Shown in pieces: positions 46,917 through 59,646 of a DNA stretch of 64,000 nucleotides. How positions within the stretch are numbered: position 1 is the stretch's first letter; each line of letters opens with the position of its first letter. The translations under genes were made by a program, and so were the position numbers. Below the pieces are notes generated by a model. The model saw nothing but the letters and a program-made list of their open reading frames with translations, was not told the DNA's origin and did no database searches. This DNA comes from an uncultured Nitrospiraceae bacterium. GTDB lineage: Bacteria > Nitrospirota > Thermodesulfovibrionia > Thermodesulfovibrionales > Dissulfurispiraceae. The stretch spans positions 64,001-128,000 of the forward strand of contig CAVPIW010000006.1 in the NCBI GenBank assembly GCA_963705105.1, written 5' to 3'.

Positions 46917-47441
46917 ATGGCGAAAAACTGGTACGTCGTGCACACCTACTCGGGCTACGAGGAAAAGGTAAAGACGAGCCTCGAGGAGAAGGTGAAGCTC
47001 AGGGGTCTTGAGGACAAGATCTCCCGTATCCTTATACCAACGGAAAAGATCATCGAGCTGAAGAACAAGAAGAAGAAGGAGATGGACCGGAAGTTCTATC
47101 CGGGCTATATCCTTGTCGAGATGGAGCTGAGCGACGAGACGTGGCATCTCGTCAAGAATACCCTCCGGGTCACCGGTTTTGTTGGCGGGATGAAACCCGT
47201 GCCGCTCCTGGAGGAGGAAGTGGAGCTGATCCATCAGCAGATCGAGGCGGGACCCGCCCCTGTCGTGCGGAGTCAGCTCGAGAAGGGCGAAAATGTGAGG
47301 ATCATCGACGGTCCCTTCACGAACTTCGTCGGCTTTGTTGATGAGATCGACATGGACCATGGCAGGCTGCGGGTCATGGTCAGCATCTTCGGCAGGCAGA
47401 CGCCCGTCGAACTCTCCTTTTCACAGATAGAGAAGGCATAG
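46917..47441 (+). CDS. nusG: Transcription termination/antitermination factor NusG
   Basis: WYVVHTYSGYE, YPGYILVEM, KOW domain IIDGPF..IFGRQTPVEL. Confidence 0.97.
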   Translation: MAKNWYVVHTYSGYEEKVKTSLEEKVKLRGLEDKISRILIPTEKIIELKNKKKKEMDRKFYPGYILVEMELSDETWHLVKNTLRVTGFVGGMKPVPLLEEEVELIHQQIEAGPAPVVRSQLEKGENVRIIDGPFTNFVGFVDEIDMDHGRLRVMVSIFGRQTPVELSFSQIEKA

Positions 47442-47580
47442 AGAGAGCGCAACGAGACCCGGAAGTCAACATCTTCAGCCAACCCGGACATTACCTGTGG
47501 GGTATCCAGGTCATCCCGATGTCGCACGTCCCCGGAACACTGATCATGATACGCGGAATACACGCATACGGAGGTCATAG

Positions 47581-48009
47581 ATGGCGAAAAAAGAGGTTAT
47601 AGCACAAGTAAAACTCCTCATATCAGCAGGGAAGGCGAACCCTGCGCCGCCTGTCGGGCCCGCCCTCGGTCCTCACGGCATCAATATCATGGAGTTCTGC
47701 AAGCAATTCAACGCCCAGACGCAGCCGATGGGTGAGACCCTCGTGCCCGTGGTTCTGAGCGTGTACAACGACAGGTCATTCACGTTCATTCTGAAGACCC
47801 CGCCCGCCTCGGAGCTGATCAAGAAGGCGGCGGGCATCGTCAAGGGATCGAGCGTTCCGAACAAAGACAAGGTCGGCTCCCTGACGTCCGCACAGGTCGA
47901 GGAGATCGCGAAGACGAAACTCCCGGACCTGAACACGGTGACCCTGGAGTCAGCCCGCAGAATCATCATGGGCACCGCCAGGAGCATGGGCGTCGAGATC
48001 CGGGATTAA
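47581..48009 (+). CDS. rplK: 50S ribosomal protein L11
   Basis: [29 protein letters not shown]. Confidence 0.98.
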   Translation: MAKKEVIAQVKLLISAGKANPAPPVGPALGPHGINIMEFCKQFNAQTQPMGETLVPVVLSVYNDRSFTFILKTPPASELIKKAAGIVKGSSVPNKDKVGSLTSAQVEEIAKTKLPDLNTVTLESARRIIMGTARSMGVEIRD

Positions 48010-48019
48010 GGAGGACAAC

Positions 48020-48709
48020 ATGGGCAAAATACTCGAAAATATACTGGCCGGGATCGATCTGACCAAGGAGTATTCCATGGAAGAGGCGATCCAGTTTCTC
48101 AAGGACCACAAGGTGGCAAAATTCGATGAAACCCTCGACATGTCGATCAACCTCGGCGTGGACCCGAAGAAGTCGGACCAGATGGTGAGGGGAACGGTCG
48201 TCCTCCCGCACGGCACGGGAAAGACCGTTCGCGTCCTCGTCTTTGCAAAGGGCGAAAAGGAGAGGGAGGCCCGGGACGCCGGCGCCGATTATGTCGGCGC
48301 CGAGGACATGGTCGAGAAGATCCAGCAGGGATGGCTCGAATTCGATAAAGCCGCGGCGACGCCGGACCTCATGGGGATCGTCGGAAAGCTCGGAAAGATC
48401 CTGGGGCCCCGGGGGCTCATGCCAAACCCGAAACTCGGCACCGTCACCTTCGACGTCGCCCGCGCCGTCCAGGAGATCAAAGCCGGAAAGGTGGAATACA
48501 GGGTCGAAAAGGCGGGAATTGTGCACATTCCCGTCGGAAAGATGTCTTTCGAGAAGGAGCGGCTCCTCGAAAACGCCGTGGCGGTCCTGAAATCGGTCGT
48601 CAGGGCGAAACCCCCGACGTCGAAGGGCCGGTACATAAAGAGGGTGACCATGTCCTCGACGATGGGACCGGGCATCCGGATAGAGGTTGCGAAGCTGAAG
48701 GTTACCTGA
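48020..48709 (+). CDS. rplA: 50S ribosomal protein L1
   Basis: [36 protein letters not shown]. Confidence 0.98.
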   Translation: MGKILENILAGIDLTKEYSMEEAIQFLKDHKVAKFDETLDMSINLGVDPKKSDQMVRGTVVLPHGTGKTVRVLVFAKGEKEREARDAGADYVGAEDMVEKIQQGWLEFDKAAATPDLMGIVGKLGKILGPRGLMPNPKLGTVTFDVARAVQEIKAGKVEYRVEKAGIVHIPVGKMSFEKERLLENAVAVLKSVVRAKPPTSKGRYIKRVTMSSTMGPGIRIEVAKLKVT

Positions 48710-48751
48710 GCAGTCAGGCGTTGTACCAGGCGGGCCTTGCCCGTCCAGTAA

Positions 48752-48822
48752 AAGTCAGAGACAGTAGGCAGGGCGGTGAAATGCACCCGCCCTTTAATCG
48801 GGCATCCGGCCTACCGAGACGA
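48752..48822 (+). ncRNA. Ribosomal protein L10 leader
   Basis: GAGACAGTAGG...TTTAA...CCTACCGAG pattern directly upstream of rplJ. Confidence 0.75.
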
Positions 48823-48909
48823 TGGGTGCGAGAGGAAGAGGAACCGGGCAGTGCGTAGCATGGTTCCGCGTGCCTGCTCACGATGCGGTCTCTGGGAAAG
48901 GAGGGTCTT

Positions 48910-49431
48910 CTGTCTACCAAAGAGAAAAAAACACAGCAGTTGGCTGATCTGACGGAGAAGCTCTCACGGTCGAAAGCCGTCATTCTCGCCGATTACAAGG
49001 GACTGACGGTGGCGGAGGTGTCGGAACTGAGAAGGGTCCTGAAGGATGTGGGGGCCGAGTTCAAGGTTGCGAAGAACACGCTCTGCTCTCTGGCGGTGAA
49101 AGGAACACCGGTAGATGCGGCACAGGATTTTTTCACGGGGCCCACGGGCATCGCCTTCGTCTATGACGATCCCGTCACGGCTGCGAAGCGTTTCCTTGAA
49201 TTTGCGCAAAAGAACGACAAGCTCAAAATCAAGAGCGGCGTTTTCGAAGGAAAACTCTGCTCGACCGCTGATCTGAAGGCGATCTCGTCGCTGCCGCCGC
49301 GGGAAGTCCTGCTGAGCATACTGGCAGGGGCGTTGCAGGCTCCGCTTTCGAAGCTGGCGGCCTCGCTGAACGCGACGATCACCCAGTTCGCCTATGCGCT
49401 GGAAGCGCTGAAAACAAGAAAAAGTCAATAA
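48910..49431 (+). CDS. rplJ: 50S ribosomal protein L10 (probable CTG start)
   Basis: AAGGAGG RBS then [43 protein letters not shown]. Confidence 0.93.
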   Translation: MSTKEKKTQQLADLTEKLSRSKAVILADYKGLTVAEVSELRRVLKDVGAEFKVAKNTLCSLAVKGTPVDAAQDFFTGPTGIAFVYDDPVTAAKRFLEFAQKNDKLKIKSGVFEGKLCSTADLKAISSLPPREVLLSILAGALQAPLSKLAASLNATITQFAYALEALKTRKSQ

Positions 49432-49444
49432 AGGAGGACCTTTC

Positions 49445-49825
49445 ATGGCGATTACCAAGGAAGAAGTATTCGGCTTCATCGACAATATGACAATCCTCGA
49501 GATGTCACAGTTTATAAAAGAGTTCGAGGAGAGGTACGGTGTCACCGCTGCAGCCCCTGTTGCCATCGCTGCCGCCCCTGCGGCCGGCGCCGCGGCTCCT
49601 GCCGAGGAGGAAAAGACGAGTTTCGATGTCGTCCTCATGGCGGCGGGCGAAAAGAAGATCCAGGTGATCAAGGTGGTGCGGGAGCTGACGTCGCTGGGCC
49701 TGAAAGAGGCGAAGGACCTCGTTGACGGCGCGCCTAAGCCCGTGAAGACCGGCATATCCAAGGAGGAGGCAGACGCGATCAAAGCGAAGCTCGATGCAGA
49801 GGGAGCAACCGTCGAGATCAAGTAA
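49445..49825 (+). CDS. rplL: 50S ribosomal protein L7/L12
   Basis: [36 protein letters not shown]. Confidence 0.98.
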   Translation: MAITKEEVFGFIDNMTILEMSQFIKEFEERYGVTAAAPVAIAAAPAAGAAAPAEEEKTSFDVVLMAAGEKKIQVIKVVRELTSLGLKEAKDLVDGAPKPVKTGISKEEADAIKAKLDAEGATVEIK

Positions 49826-49831
49826 CACGCA

Positions 49832-49887
49832 AAGGAAGGAAGCAGGGGATGGGCGGAATCCGTCCGTTCCCTGCTCCTTCCTTTTTG
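49832..49887 (+). terminator. rplL-rpoB attenuator/terminator hairpin
   Basis: AGGAAG.AGCAGGG...CCCTGCTCCTTCC followed by TTTTTG. Confidence 0.7.
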
Positions 49888-49909
49888 TTCATCGTGAAGA
49901 AGGAGAGCC

Positions 49910-52900
49910 ATGGCAAGGGTTTTAAGAGAGCGCCTGAATTTCAGCAAGATACCGACTGTTCTGGAAGTCCCCTACCTTATCGAATTCCAGAGGAAGTCCT
50001 TTGAAAAATTTCTCCAGAAAGACATCATGCCCGAGGAGAGGACCTTCGACGGGCTCCAGGCCGCCTTTCACAGCGTCTTTCCCATAACCGATTACAACGA
50101 CATCGCCTCGATCGAATTTCTCTCGTACAGCGCCGGGGAGCCGAAAATCATACCCCGCGAGTGCCTTCTCAAGGGGATCACCTATGCGCTGCCCCTGAAG
50201 ATCAAGGTGCGCCTGAACGTGTGGGAGAAGGACGAAAAGAACAAAAAGACGCTCAAGGAATCGAGAGAGCAGGAGGTGTACATCGGGGAGCTTCCCATGA
50301 TGACGGAGACGGGAAGCTTCATCATCAACGGGACGGAGCGGGTGATCGTCAGTCAGCTCCATCGTTCCCCGGGCGTCTATTTCGCTCCGGACAAGGGGAA
50401 GACCCATGCGAGCGGCCGGCTTCTCTACACGGCGCGTGTCATTCCCGTCAGGGGATCGTGGCTGGACTTCGAATTCGACTCGAAGGACATCCTGTACGTC
50501 AGGATCGACCGGAGGAGAAAGCTCCCTGCGACAATCGTGCTCAAGGCCCTCGGCTACACCAATGAAGACCTCCTGAAGACCTTCTATCCCGTGGAGGAGA
50601 TCAGGATCGTCGGCCGTGACAACTACATGAGAAAGGTGAGTGACGTCCTGGCCGGGATCAGGACGAAATTCAACATTCAGGTGCCGGACTCCCAGGAGGT
50701 GCTCGTCAGGGAAGGGAGCAAGATCACCAAGATCCTGCTCAAGAAAATGGAGGGAGCGGGCATCAGGGAAATACCGATAGCGAAGAGCGAGATCGTCGGC
50801 AGGATCACGCTCAGGGACATCGTCGATCCCTCGACGGGCGAGATCATCATCGACGGGAACAACGAAATAACGGAACCCCTCTTCGAGAAGGTCCTGTCCC
50901 TGAATATCGACAGCCTGCACCTGCTCTTCATCGACAACGTGAATTATCTCTCCTCCTTCAGGGAGACGCTCCTGACCGACAGGGTGACGAACCAGAAAGA
51001 AGCGCTCAAGGAAATATACAAGAAGCTCCGTCCCGGCGAGCCGGCAACGGACGACGCGGCGTCGGAACTATTCAGCGGCCTCTTTTTCGATCCCAAGAGA
51101 TACGACCTGTCGGCGGTGGGCAGGCTGAAGGTCAACGAGAAACTCGGACTCGACATCCCCCTCGACATGAGGGTTCTGAAGGACCTCGACATCGTCGAAA
51201 TCGTGCGCTACCTTCTGAACCTGCGGACCGGCAAGGGAGAGGTGGACGACATCGATCACCTGGGGAACAGGCGTGTCCGGGGCATCGGGGAGCTGCTGGA
51301 AAACCAGTTCAGGATCGGTCTCGTCCGCATGGAGCGGGCCATCAAGGAGAAGATGACCCTCACGGAGCTCGAGACGGCCATGCCGAACGACCTCATCAAC
51401 GCCAAGCCCGTCATGGCCGCCGTCAAGGAGTTCTTCGGCTCGAGCCAGCTGAGCCAGTTCATGGACCAGACAAACCCCCTCTCGGAGATCACCCACAAGA
51501 GGAGGCTCTCGGCCCTCGGCCCCGGCGGTCTGACCCGGGAGCGGGCGGGCTTCGAGGTCAGGGACGTCCATCCCACCCATTACGGCAGGATCTGTCCCAT
51601 CGAGACGCCGGAAGGTCCGAACATCGGACTGATCACGTCACTGGCGAGCTACGGCCGGATCAACGATTACGGCTTCATCGTGGCGCCCTACCGGAAAGTC
51701 GACAACGGACGCGTGACGAGCGAGATCATTTACCTGTCCGCCATCGACACGGAGAGGTATGTCATAGCCGAGGCGACATCCCCTCTCGATCAGAAGGGGA
51801 ACCTCGTCGGGGACGCCGTCTCTGCGAGGATCGGCGGAGACTTCAAGATGGTCATCCCGGAAGAGGTCCACTTCATGGATGTATCGCCAAAGCAGATCGT
51901 CGGCGTCTCGGCGTCGCTGATACCGTTCCTTGAGAACGACGACGCGAACAGGGCACTCATGGGATCAAACATGCAGAGGCAGGCGGTCCCCCTCCTGAGG
52001 ACCGAGGCGCCCGTCGTCGGCACGGGCATGGAATACGTGGCCGCCCGCGATTCAGGCTGGCTGACGATCGCAAAACGTGCCGGCATCGTCGAGAGCGTCG
52101 ATTCGTCCCGCATTGTCGTGCGGGTCGGCGAGGAAGGCGGCGGCGTCGACATTTACACCCTCGTGAAATTCCAGCGCTCCAACCAGGGCACGTGCATGAA
52201 CCAGAAACCGATTGTCAATCCCGGCGACGTCGTTGAGCGGGGCAGCGTCATGGCAGACGGACCCTCAACGGACCTCGGGGAACTGGGCCTCGGAAAGAAT
52301 GTGATCGTCGCTTTCATGCCCTGGGGCGGGTATAACTTTGAAGATGCCATCCTCGTAAGCGAGCGCCTCGTCAAGGATGACGTGTACACGTCGATCCACA
52401 TCGAGGAGTTCGAGATCGAGGCGCGCGACACGAAACTCGGGCCGGAGGAAATCACCCGGGACATCCCGAACGTCGGCGAAGAGGCCCTCAAGGACCTCGA
52501 TGAGAGCGGCATTATCAGGATCGGTGCGGAAGTGAAGCCCGGCGACATCCTCGTCGGCAAGGTCACGCCGAAGGGTGAGACGATGCTGACACCGGAAGAG
52601 AAGCTCCTGCGGGCCATATTCGGTGAAAAGGCCGAGGAGGTGAAGGAGAGCTGTCTCTACGTGCCTCCCGGCATTGAAGGGACTATCGTCGACGTGCGCA
52701 TCCTCTCCCGCCGCGGCATAGAGAAGGACGAGAGGACCAAGAGTATCGAGACGGACGACATCAACAGTCTGCAGCGGGACCTTGACGAGGAGACGAAGAT
52801 CCTCAGGGAGGAGAAGGCGGAGCGGATCCGGAGGCTCTTCACGGGGCTGACCCTTTCCGACGATTTCAGAGACCCCAAGACAAAGGAGCTGGTCTGCCAG

Positions 52901-53848
52901 AAGGGGAAGAAGCTGACGGAGGCGATGCTGGCCAAGATCAAGGACGAACACCTGTCGCGCCTGAAGGTTGCCGATCCGGAGGTCAAGAACAAGGCCGACA
53001 TGGTGAACACGGAGATCAACCAGTACATCAAGTATCTCGAATCCCGGTACAATGAGCGGGTGGAGAGGGTCAAGAAGGGCGACGAGCTGCCCCCGGGCGT
53101 CAACAAGGTCGTCAAGGCCTTCATCGCCATGAAGAGGAAGATCCATGTGGGCGACAAGATGGCCGGGCGCCACGGGAACAAGGGCGTTGTTTCGATGATC
53201 CAGCCCGAGGAGGACATGCCGTACCTCCCCGACGGCTCACCCGTCGATATCGTCCTCAATCCCCTCGGCGTCCCGTCGCGTATGAACGTGGGACAGATCC
53301 TCGAGACCCATCTCGGCTGGGCGGCCACCGCCCTGGGGCTCCACGTGGCCACACCGGTCTTCGAAGGGGCGAAGGAAAGGGAGATCAAGGAGCTGCTGAA
53401 AAAGGCCGGGCTGCCGCAGACAGGGCAGATCACGCTTCATGACGGCCGCACCGGCGAGCCCTTCAAAAGGCCGGTCACGGTCGGCTGCATGTATATGCTC
53501 AAGCTCCATCACCTCGTCGACGACAAGATCCACGCCCGTTCCATCGGACCATACTCTCTCGTGACACAGCAGCCCCTGGGCGGAAAAGCCCAGTTCGGAG
53601 GGCAGAGACTGGGAGAGATGGAAGTCTGGGCACTCGAAGCTTACGGCGCAGCCCATACGCTCCAGGAGTTCCTGACCGTCAAGAGCGACGACATCAGCGG
53701 CAGGTCCCGCATGTACGAGGCCGTCGTCAAGGGTGATCCCATGCTCGAACCGGGTGTGCCGGAATCGTTCCATGTATTAATAAAAGAGCTCCAGAGCTTG
53801 TGCCTTGATGTCGAGCTTTTGGAACGGAAGAGAAAGGCGGAGGAATAA
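49910..53848 (+). CDS. rpoB: RNA polymerase beta subunit
   Basis: [49 protein letters not shown]. Confidence 0.99.
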   Translation: MARVLRERLNFSKIPTVLEVPYLIEFQRKSFEKFLQKDIMPEERTFDGLQAAFHSVFPITDYNDIASIEFLSYSAGEPKIIPRECLLKGITYALPLKIKVRLNVWEKDEKNKKTLKESREQEVYIGELPMMTETGSFIINGTERVIVSQLHRSPGVYFAPDKGKTHASGRLLYTARVIPVRGSWLDFEFDSKDILYVRIDRRRKLPATIVLKALGYTNEDLLKTFYPVEEIRIVGRDNYMRKVSDVLAGIRTKFNIQVPDSQEVLVREGSKITKILLKKMEGAGIREIPIAKSEIVGRITLRDIVDPSTGEIIIDGNNEITEPLFEKVLSLNIDSLHLLFIDNVNYLSSFRETLLTDRVTNQKEALKEIYKKLRPGEPATDDAASELFSGLFFDPKRYDLSAVGRLKVNEKLGLDIPLDMRVLKDLDIVEIVRYLLNLRTGKGEVDDIDHLGNRRVRGIGELLENQFRIGLVRMERAIKEKMTLTELETAMPNDLINAKPVMAAVKEFFGSSQLSQFMDQTNPLSEITHKRRLSALGPGGLTRERAGFEVRDVHPTHYGRICPIETPEGPNIGLITSLASYGRINDYGFIVAPYRKVDNGRVTSEIIYLSAIDTERYVIAEATSPLDQKGNLVGDAVSARIGGDFKMVIPEEVHFMDVSPKQIVGVSASLIPFLENDDANRALMGSNMQRQAVPLLRTEAPVVGTGMEYVAARDSGWLTIAKRAGIVESVDSSRIVVRVGEEGGGVDIYTLVKFQRSNQGTCMNQKPIVNPGDVVERGSVMADGPSTDLGELGLGKNVIVAFMPWGGYNFEDAILVSERLVKDDVYTSIHIEEFEIEARDTKLGPEEITRDIPNVGEEALKDLDESGIIRIGAEVKPGDILVGKVTPKGETMLTPEEKLLRAIFGEKAEEVKESCLYVPPGIEGTIVDVRILSRRGIEKDERTKSIETDDINSLQRDLDEETKILREEKAERIRRLFTGLTLSDDFRDPKTKELVCQKGKKLTEAMLAKIKDEHLSRLKVADPEVKNKADMVNTEINQYIKYLESRYNERVERVKKGDELPPGVNKVVKAFIAMKRKIHVGDKMAGRHGNKGVVSMIQPEEDMPYLPDGSPVDIVLNPLGVPSRMNVGQILETHLGWAATALGLHVATPVFEGAKEREIKELLKKAGLPQTGQITLHDGRTGEPFKRPVTVGCMYMLKLHHLVDDKIHARSIGPYSLVTQQPLGGKAQFGGQRLGEMEVWALEAYGAAHTLQEFLTVKSDDISGRSRMYEAVVKGDPMLEPGVPESFHVLIKELQSLCLDVELLERKRKAEE

Positions 53849-53853
53849 AAGTA

Positions 53854-56800
53854 ATGGAGGATATTTATTCTCTTTTCCAGAAGCCGAAAAATCCGAGGGA
53901 TTTTGACGCCATACGCATAAAACTCGCCTCTCCCGAAAAGATCAGGGAATGGTCCTACGGCGAGGTGAAGAAACCGGAGACGATCAACTACCGCACCTTC
54001 AAGCCGGAGCATGACGGCCTGTTCTGCGCGAAGATTTTCGGCCCCGTCAAGGATTGGGAGTGCCTCTGCGGCAAATACAAGAGGATGAAGCACCGCGGCG
54101 TCATCTGCGACAAGTGCGGCGTCGAGGTGATCCAGTCAAAGGTGCGGCGCGAGAGGATGGGTCACATAGAGGTCGCCACGCCCGTTGCGCATGTCTGGTT
54201 TTTGCGGGGCGTGCCGAGCAGGATCGGGACGCTTCTCGATATGACGATCCGCCAGCTCGAGAAGGTCCTCTATTTCGAGGAATATACTGTCATAGACGCC
54301 GGGGACACGCCGCTCAAGGAAAAGGAGCTGCTCTCGGAAGAGGACTACAAAAAGAAGCTCACGGAGTTCGGGAGCCGCTTCAAGGCCGGCATGGGCGCCG
54401 AGGCGATCAGGGAGCTGCTCAGGAAGGTCGATCTGAATGTCCTGGCGACGGACCTGAAAGAGAAGATCAATGCCGCCTCTTCGCTCAGCGTCAAGCGGAA
54501 GCTGACGAAGCGCCTGAGGATCGTCGAGGCCTTTCTCCGGTCCGCGAACAAGCCCGAATGGATGATCCTCGACATCATTCCCGTGCTCCCTCCGGACCTG
54601 AGGCCCCTGGTTCCTCTGGACGGCGGCCGTTTCGCCACATCGGACCTCAATGATCTTTACCGCCGCGTCATCAACAGGAACAACAGACTCAAGAGGCTCA
54701 TGGAGCTCAAGGCGCCGGGCGTGATCATCAAGAACGAGAAACGCATGCTCCAGGAGGCGGTGGACGCGCTCTTCGACAACAGCAAGAAGGCGAAGGTCCT
54801 GAAGACGGGCGGCAAGCGGCCCCTCAAATCCCTGAGCGACATGATCAAGGGCAAGCAGGGCCGGTTCCGGCAGAACCTGCTCGGCAAGAGGGTCGATTAT
54901 TCGGGCCGGTCCGTCATTGTCGTCGGACCGGAGCTCAACCTCAACCAGTGCGGCATCCCGAAGCGGATGGCCCTGGAGCTGTTCAAGCCCTTCGTCTTCA
55001 ACAAGCTCGAGGAGAAGGGCTTTGCGACGACGATCAAACAGGCGAAGCGTCTCGTCGAGCGGGAAAAGCACGAAGTGTGGGACGCCCTCGAGGAGGTCAT
55101 CCAGGAACACCCCGTGCTCCTGAACCGCGCTCCCACGCTCCACCGGCTCGGCATCCAGGCCTTCGATCCCATCCTGATCGAGGGCAAGGCGATCAAGCTC
55201 CACCCCCTCGTCTGCACGGCCTTCAACGCCGACTTCGACGGTGACCAGATGGCTGTTCACGTCCCCCTGTCGATCGAGGCACAGATCGAGGCGCGGGTGC
55301 TCATGATGTCGATCCACAACCTCCTGTCGCCTGCGAACGGAAAGCCCATCGTTGTGCCGACGCAGGACATGGTCCTCGGCATCTACTACCTGACGAAGCA
55401 GAGGACGGGCGCCCGCGGCGAGGGAAAGATCTTCGCCGATCACGAGGACGTGAGGGTCGCCTATGATTCGGGTGTCGTCGATGAGCACGCCAAAATCAAG
55501 GTACGGCTGGACGGGGAATACGTCGAGACGACGACGGGCCGTCTCCTCTTCAGGGAGATCCTGCCGCCGGACGTGCCCTTCTCGATGGTGAACAAGGAGC
55601 TGACGAAAAAGGAACTGGGCAAGCTGATAGAGTATATTCACAAGGTGCTCGGGAAGCGTCAGACCGTCGTGTTCCTGAACAGGCTCGAAAAGCTCGGGTT
55701 CCGGTATGCAACCCTTTCGGGCATCTCCATCTGCATCGACGACATGCATATTCCGTCAAAGAAGCCCGAGCTGATCCGCGACGCCGAGCAGGAGGTGATC
55801 GAGGTGCAGAGGCAGTACGCCGACGGTCTTATCACCCAGGGCGAGCGGTACAACAAGGTCATCGACGTCTGGGCGAACGTGACGGAGAAGGTCGCTGACG
55901 AGATGATGCTGGAACTGGGCGCCGAAGACGGCAAGGCACTCGAAGAGGACGTGCTCCGGCAGAGGCGGTCCTTCAACAACATCTTCATGATGGCTGACTC
56001 CGGTGCAAGGGGAAGCGTCGCCCAGATCAGGCAGCTCGCCGGCATGAGGGGCCTCATGGCGAAACCGTCCGGTGAGATCATCGAGACGCCGATTACGGCG
56101 AACTTCAGGGAGGGCCTCACTCCCCTGCAGTATTACATCTCGACCTCGGGAGCGCGGAAAGGCCTCGCCGATACGGCGCTGAAGACGGCCAACGCCGGAT
56201 ACCTGACACGGAGACTCGTCGACGTCGCCCAGGATGTCATCCTGATCGAGCACGACTGCGGGACGACGGACGGCATCATGATATCTCCTCTCATCGAGGG
56301 GGGAGAAATCATACAACCCCTGGAGGAGAGAATTTTCGGGAGGACCCTTGCGGAATCGGTCAAGGACCCCGTCAACGCTGAAGTCCTGGTGGCCAGGAAC
56401 GTCGAGATCGACGAGGACCTGGCAAGGAAGATCGTCGACGCCGGTGTTGACCGGGTGAAGATTCGCTCCGTTCTTACCTGCACGTCGAAGAACAGCGTCT
56501 GCGGGAGGTGTTACGGACGGGACCTTGCCAGGGGAGGGGCCATCGAGATCGGGGAAGCCATCGGGATCATCGCCGCCCAGTCCATCGGCGAGCCGGGCAC
56601 GCAGCTCACGATGCGGACCTTCCACATCGGCGGCGCTGCGACAAAGATCATCGAGCAGGCGACACTCATGGCGAAGAACTCGGGATTCATCAAGTTCATC
56701 GATGTCAACGCCGTCAAGAACAGGGAGGGCGTCCTGATCGTTCTGAACAGGAACGCGATGATAGCCATTATAGACAAGACGGGGCGCGAGAAGGAGAAAT

Positions 56801-57960
56801 ACAACCTCGTCTACGGGGCGCGTATTTTCGTCGAAGACGGCACGGCCATCGAATCGGGGCAGCGTCTTGTCGAGTGGGATCCCTACTCGACGCCGATCCT
56901 GACGGAAATCGGCGGCAAGATCGCCCTTGGCGACATCGTCGAGGGTATGACCGTCAAGGAGGAGGTCGATGAAACGACGGGTCTCGCCCACAAGGTCATC
57001 ATCGACTACCCCGCGAGCATGAGACCGAGGATCTCCATCAAGGACGAGCAGGGCAGGACGGCCAAGATACCCGACACGAACAACCTCGCCCGGTACCTGC
57101 TTCCTGCCGGCGCTCATATCCTCGTCGACAAGAACGACATCATCTATCCCGGCGATATCCTTGCGAAGATTCCCAGGGAAACGACGAAGACGAAGGACAT
57201 CACGGGCGGTCTGCCGAGGGTGGCGGAGCTCTTCGAGGCCCGGAGGCCGAAGGAGCAGGCCATCGTCACGGAGATCGACGGCATCGTCGAGTTCAGGGGC
57301 GCCCACAAAGGCATGCGTGTCGTCGTCGTCAGGGGCGGAGAGGAATCGCGTGAGTATCTCATCCCGAAAGGCAAGCACGTCACCGTCCACGAGGGTGACT
57401 GGGTGAAGGCCGGCGAACCTCTTATGGACGGCGCCGTCAATCCCCACAGCATCCTCGACATCCTGGGCCCCACGGAGCTCCAGAGGTATCTCGTCGACGA
57501 GGTCCAGAAGGTCTATCGCCTCCAGGGTGTCTCGATCAACGACAAGCACATCGAGGTCATCGTGCGGCAGATGATGAAGAAGATCAGGATCGAGGACCCC
57601 GGCGACACGGGCTTCCTCATCGGCGATGAAGTGGACAGGATGATCTTCTCGGAGGTGAATGCGCAGGTGCGTGAGGAAGACGGCCGTCCCGCCCAGGGAA
57701 GACCCCTGCTCCTCGGCATCACCAAGGCCTCCCTCTCAACGGAGAGCTGGGTGTCCGCCGCCTCCTTCCAGGAGACGACGAGGGTGCTCACCGAGGCGGC
57801 GCTGGACGGCGACGTTGACGAGCTGCGGGGGCTCAAGGAAAACGTGATCATGGGAAGGATCATCCCGGCAGGCACGGGCATGCCCGTCTACCGCGACACG
57901 TTCATCAAGGGCGACTTTTACAAAATGCAGATCGAAGAGGCGGAGCAGACGGAGAACTGA
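53854..57960 (+). CDS. rpoC: RNA polymerase beta' subunit
   Basis: Zn finger [34 protein letters not shown]. Confidence 0.99.
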   Translation: MEDIYSLFQKPKNPRDFDAIRIKLASPEKIREWSYGEVKKPETINYRTFKPEHDGLFCAKIFGPVKDWECLCGKYKRMKHRGVICDKCGVEVIQSKVRRERMGHIEVATPVAHVWFLRGVPSRIGTLLDMTIRQLEKVLYFEEYTVIDAGDTPLKEKELLSEEDYKKKLTEFGSRFKAGMGAEAIRELLRKVDLNVLATDLKEKINAASSLSVKRKLTKRLRIVEAFLRSANKPEWMILDIIPVLPPDLRPLVPLDGGRFATSDLNDLYRRVINRNNRLKRLMELKAPGVIIKNEKRMLQEAVDALFDNSKKAKVLKTGGKRPLKSLSDMIKGKQGRFRQNLLGKRVDYSGRSVIVVGPELNLNQCGIPKRMALELFKPFVFNKLEEKGFATTIKQAKRLVEREKHEVWDALEEVIQEHPVLLNRAPTLHRLGIQAFDPILIEGKAIKLHPLVCTAFNADFDGDQMAVHVPLSIEAQIEARVLMMSIHNLLSPANGKPIVVPTQDMVLGIYYLTKQRTGARGEGKIFADHEDVRVAYDSGVVDEHAKIKVRLDGEYVETTTGRLLFREILPPDVPFSMVNKELTKKELGKLIEYIHKVLGKRQTVVFLNRLEKLGFRYATLSGISICIDDMHIPSKKPELIRDAEQEVIEVQRQYADGLITQGERYNKVIDVWANVTEKVADEMMLELGAEDGKALEEDVLRQRRSFNNIFMMADSGARGSVAQIRQLAGMRGLMAKPSGEIIETPITANFREGLTPLQYYISTSGARKGLADTALKTANAGYLTRRLVDVAQDVILIEHDCGTTDGIMISPLIEGGEIIQPLEERIFGRTLAESVKDPVNAEVLVARNVEIDEDLARKIVDAGVDRVKIRSVLTCTSKNSVCGRCYGRDLARGGAIEIGEAIGIIAAQSIGEPGTQLTMRTFHIGGAATKIIEQATLMAKNSGFIKFIDVNAVKNREGVLIVLNRNAMIAIIDKTGREKEKYNLVYGARIFVEDGTAIESGQRLVEWDPYSTPILTEIGGKIALGDIVEGMTVKEEVDETTGLAHKVIIDYPASMRPRISIKDEQGRTAKIPDTNNLARYLLPAGAHILVDKNDIIYPGDILAKIPRETTKTKDITGGLPRVAELFEARRPKEQAIVTEIDGIVEFRGAHKGMRVVVVRGGEESREYLIPKGKHVTVHEGDWVKAGEPLMDGAVNPHSILDILGPTELQRYLVDEVQKVYRLQGVSINDKHIEVIVRQMMKKIRIEDPGDTGFLIGDEVDRMIFSEVNAQVREEDGRPAQGRPLLLGITKASLSTESWVSAASFQETTRVLTEAALDGDVDELRGLKENVIMGRIIPAGTGMPVYRDTFIKGDFYKMQIEEAEQTEN

Positions 57961-58000
57961 CCGTCGGACTCTCCTCATCGACCATCAGCGACAACGAGGC

Positions 58001-58561
58001 GTGGCGCCTGAAAAGAAGACGCCACGCCTCGACGTGTTTATGATGTGTGCTCCGCGTTTTGTGTCTGATGTGATGCTCGGGAGCCTCTCGAAGTGGCTCA
58101 GAATCCTCGGGTTCGACACTCTCTATTTCAGGAGGGCCGACGATCATGAGCTCATCAGGATCGCCCTCAGGGAGCAGAGGACGCTCATCACGCGGGACAG
58201 CGGGCTGGCGCGCCGGTGCGGACGTCCCGGCCACCCGCCCTGCATCTCCATCATCTCACAGAGAACATCCGATCAGGTCAGGGAAGTCCTTTCAGCCGTC
58301 TCCGCATCCCTGCCCCCTTTGCCGGCAGGACCGCCGCGCTGCGTCGTATGCAACGGTGAACTCTCCCCTGCCGGCAGGGCGTCCGTTTTCGGGGATGTCC
58401 CTGAGTTCGTCTACAGGAACAGGGATTCTTTTTTTCGGTGTCTGAGCTGTGGTAAAGTGTACTGGGAAGGGTCCCACAGGCGGCATATCGAAGAGACGAT
58501 CAGGCGGATCCTCGGCGATGCCGGCAGATGCGGTGAGGATTTGCCGGAGGTTGCGGAATGA
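58001..58561 (+). CDS. Mut7-C RNase (PIN-like + Zn ribbon) domain protein
   Basis: DVMLGSLSKWLRILGFD, LITRD, RCVVCNGEL, CLSCGKVYWEGSH. Confidence 0.9.
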   Translation: MAPEKKTPRLDVFMMCAPRFVSDVMLGSLSKWLRILGFDTLYFRRADDHELIRIALREQRTLITRDSGLARRCGRPGHPPCISIISQRTSDQVREVLSAVSASLPPLPAGPPRCVVCNGELSPAGRASVFGDVPEFVYRNRDSFFRCLSCGKVYWEGSHRRHIEETIRRILGDAGRCGEDLPEVAE

Positions 58562-58616
58562 CGTCTCCTGCCCGTTTTTCGATTGCTGAAACAACGGTGT
58601 CCGAAACAATAAGAAG

Positions 58617-59615
58617 ATGAGCAGTCCGAAAACAACGTATCTCTTTCCCTTTGCCCTGATCGGCTGTATCATCACCCTCGGGACAACGGGGTATATCCTG
58701 ATCGAAGGGTGGGGCTTCCTCGATGCGCTGTACATGACGATCATCACGCTCACGACGGTCGGATTCAGGGAGATCCATGTCTTGTCGGATCGGGGCATCG
58801 TCTTTACGATCGTCCTTATCGTCGGAGGGGTGGGCACTGTTCTCTATGCCCTGAGCACCGGAGCGAGAGTCCTGATGGAAGGAGAAATTCAAGAGGCCCT
58901 CGGGAGGAAAAGATTGGAAAAGAGAATCAGGGAATTGCGGGACCACTATATCATCTGCGGCTTCGGCAGGATGGGAAAGATCATCAGCAGGGAACTGAGG
59001 GAGAACAACATACACTTTGTCGCAGTTGAAAGAGACCCGGAAGTGACTCAGGAGCATCAAAACATACTCATGATGGCCGGAGATGCCACGAAGGACGAAG
59101 TCCTGAAGGAGGCGGGCATCGAGCGGGCGAAGGGGCTTGTTTCGGTCCTTTCTTCGGACGCCGAGAACCTCTTCGTCGTCCTGACGGCACGGGGGCTCAA
59201 CCCCGACCTGTTCATCGTCGCCCGGGCCGGTGAGGAGGGATCGGAGAGCAAGCTCCTCAGGGCCGGCGCCGACAAGGTCGTCTCGCCCTATCACATCGGG
59301 GGCCTCAGGATGGCCTATACTGTTTTGAAACCGGCCGTCGTCGAGTTCATCGAGTTTGCCACGAAGAGCGGAAACATCGATCTCCAGATGGAGGAGGTCA
59401 CCATCGGGGTGTCATCTCCCCTCGCCGGACTGACCCTCGACCAGTGCGGCATCGGCAAGGGACTCGGGATCATCATCGTTGCCATAAAGAAGACAGACGG
59501 CGACATGAAGTTTAATCCCACGTTCAGAACGGCCATCCACGTTGGTGACACCCTCATCGCCCTCGGTGAAATTACGAAATTAAAGGTCCTTGAAGACATG
59601 GCCCTGGGCAGATGA
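58617..59615 (+). CDS. Potassium channel with RCK (TrkA-N/C) domains
   Basis: Selectivity filter TLTTVGF, IICGFGRMG, GDAT, AGADKVVSP. Confidence 0.92.
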   Translation: MSSPKTTYLFPFALIGCIITLGTTGYILIEGWGFLDALYMTIITLTTVGFREIHVLSDRGIVFTIVLIVGGVGTVLYALSTGARVLMEGEIQEALGRKRLEKRIRELRDHYIICGFGRMGKIISRELRENNIHFVAVERDPEVTQEHQNILMMAGDATKDEVLKEAGIERAKGLVSVLSSDAENLFVVLTARGLNPDLFIVARAGEEGSESKLLRAGADKVVSPYHIGGLRMAYTVLKPAVVEFIEFATKSGNIDLQMEEVTIGVSSPLAGLTLDQCGIGKGLGIIIVAIKKTDGDMKFNPTFRTAIHVGDTLIALGEITKLKVLEDMALGR

Positions 59616-59646
59616 CGTGCTGCTTTTCCGACAGAGGGCGGCGTGA

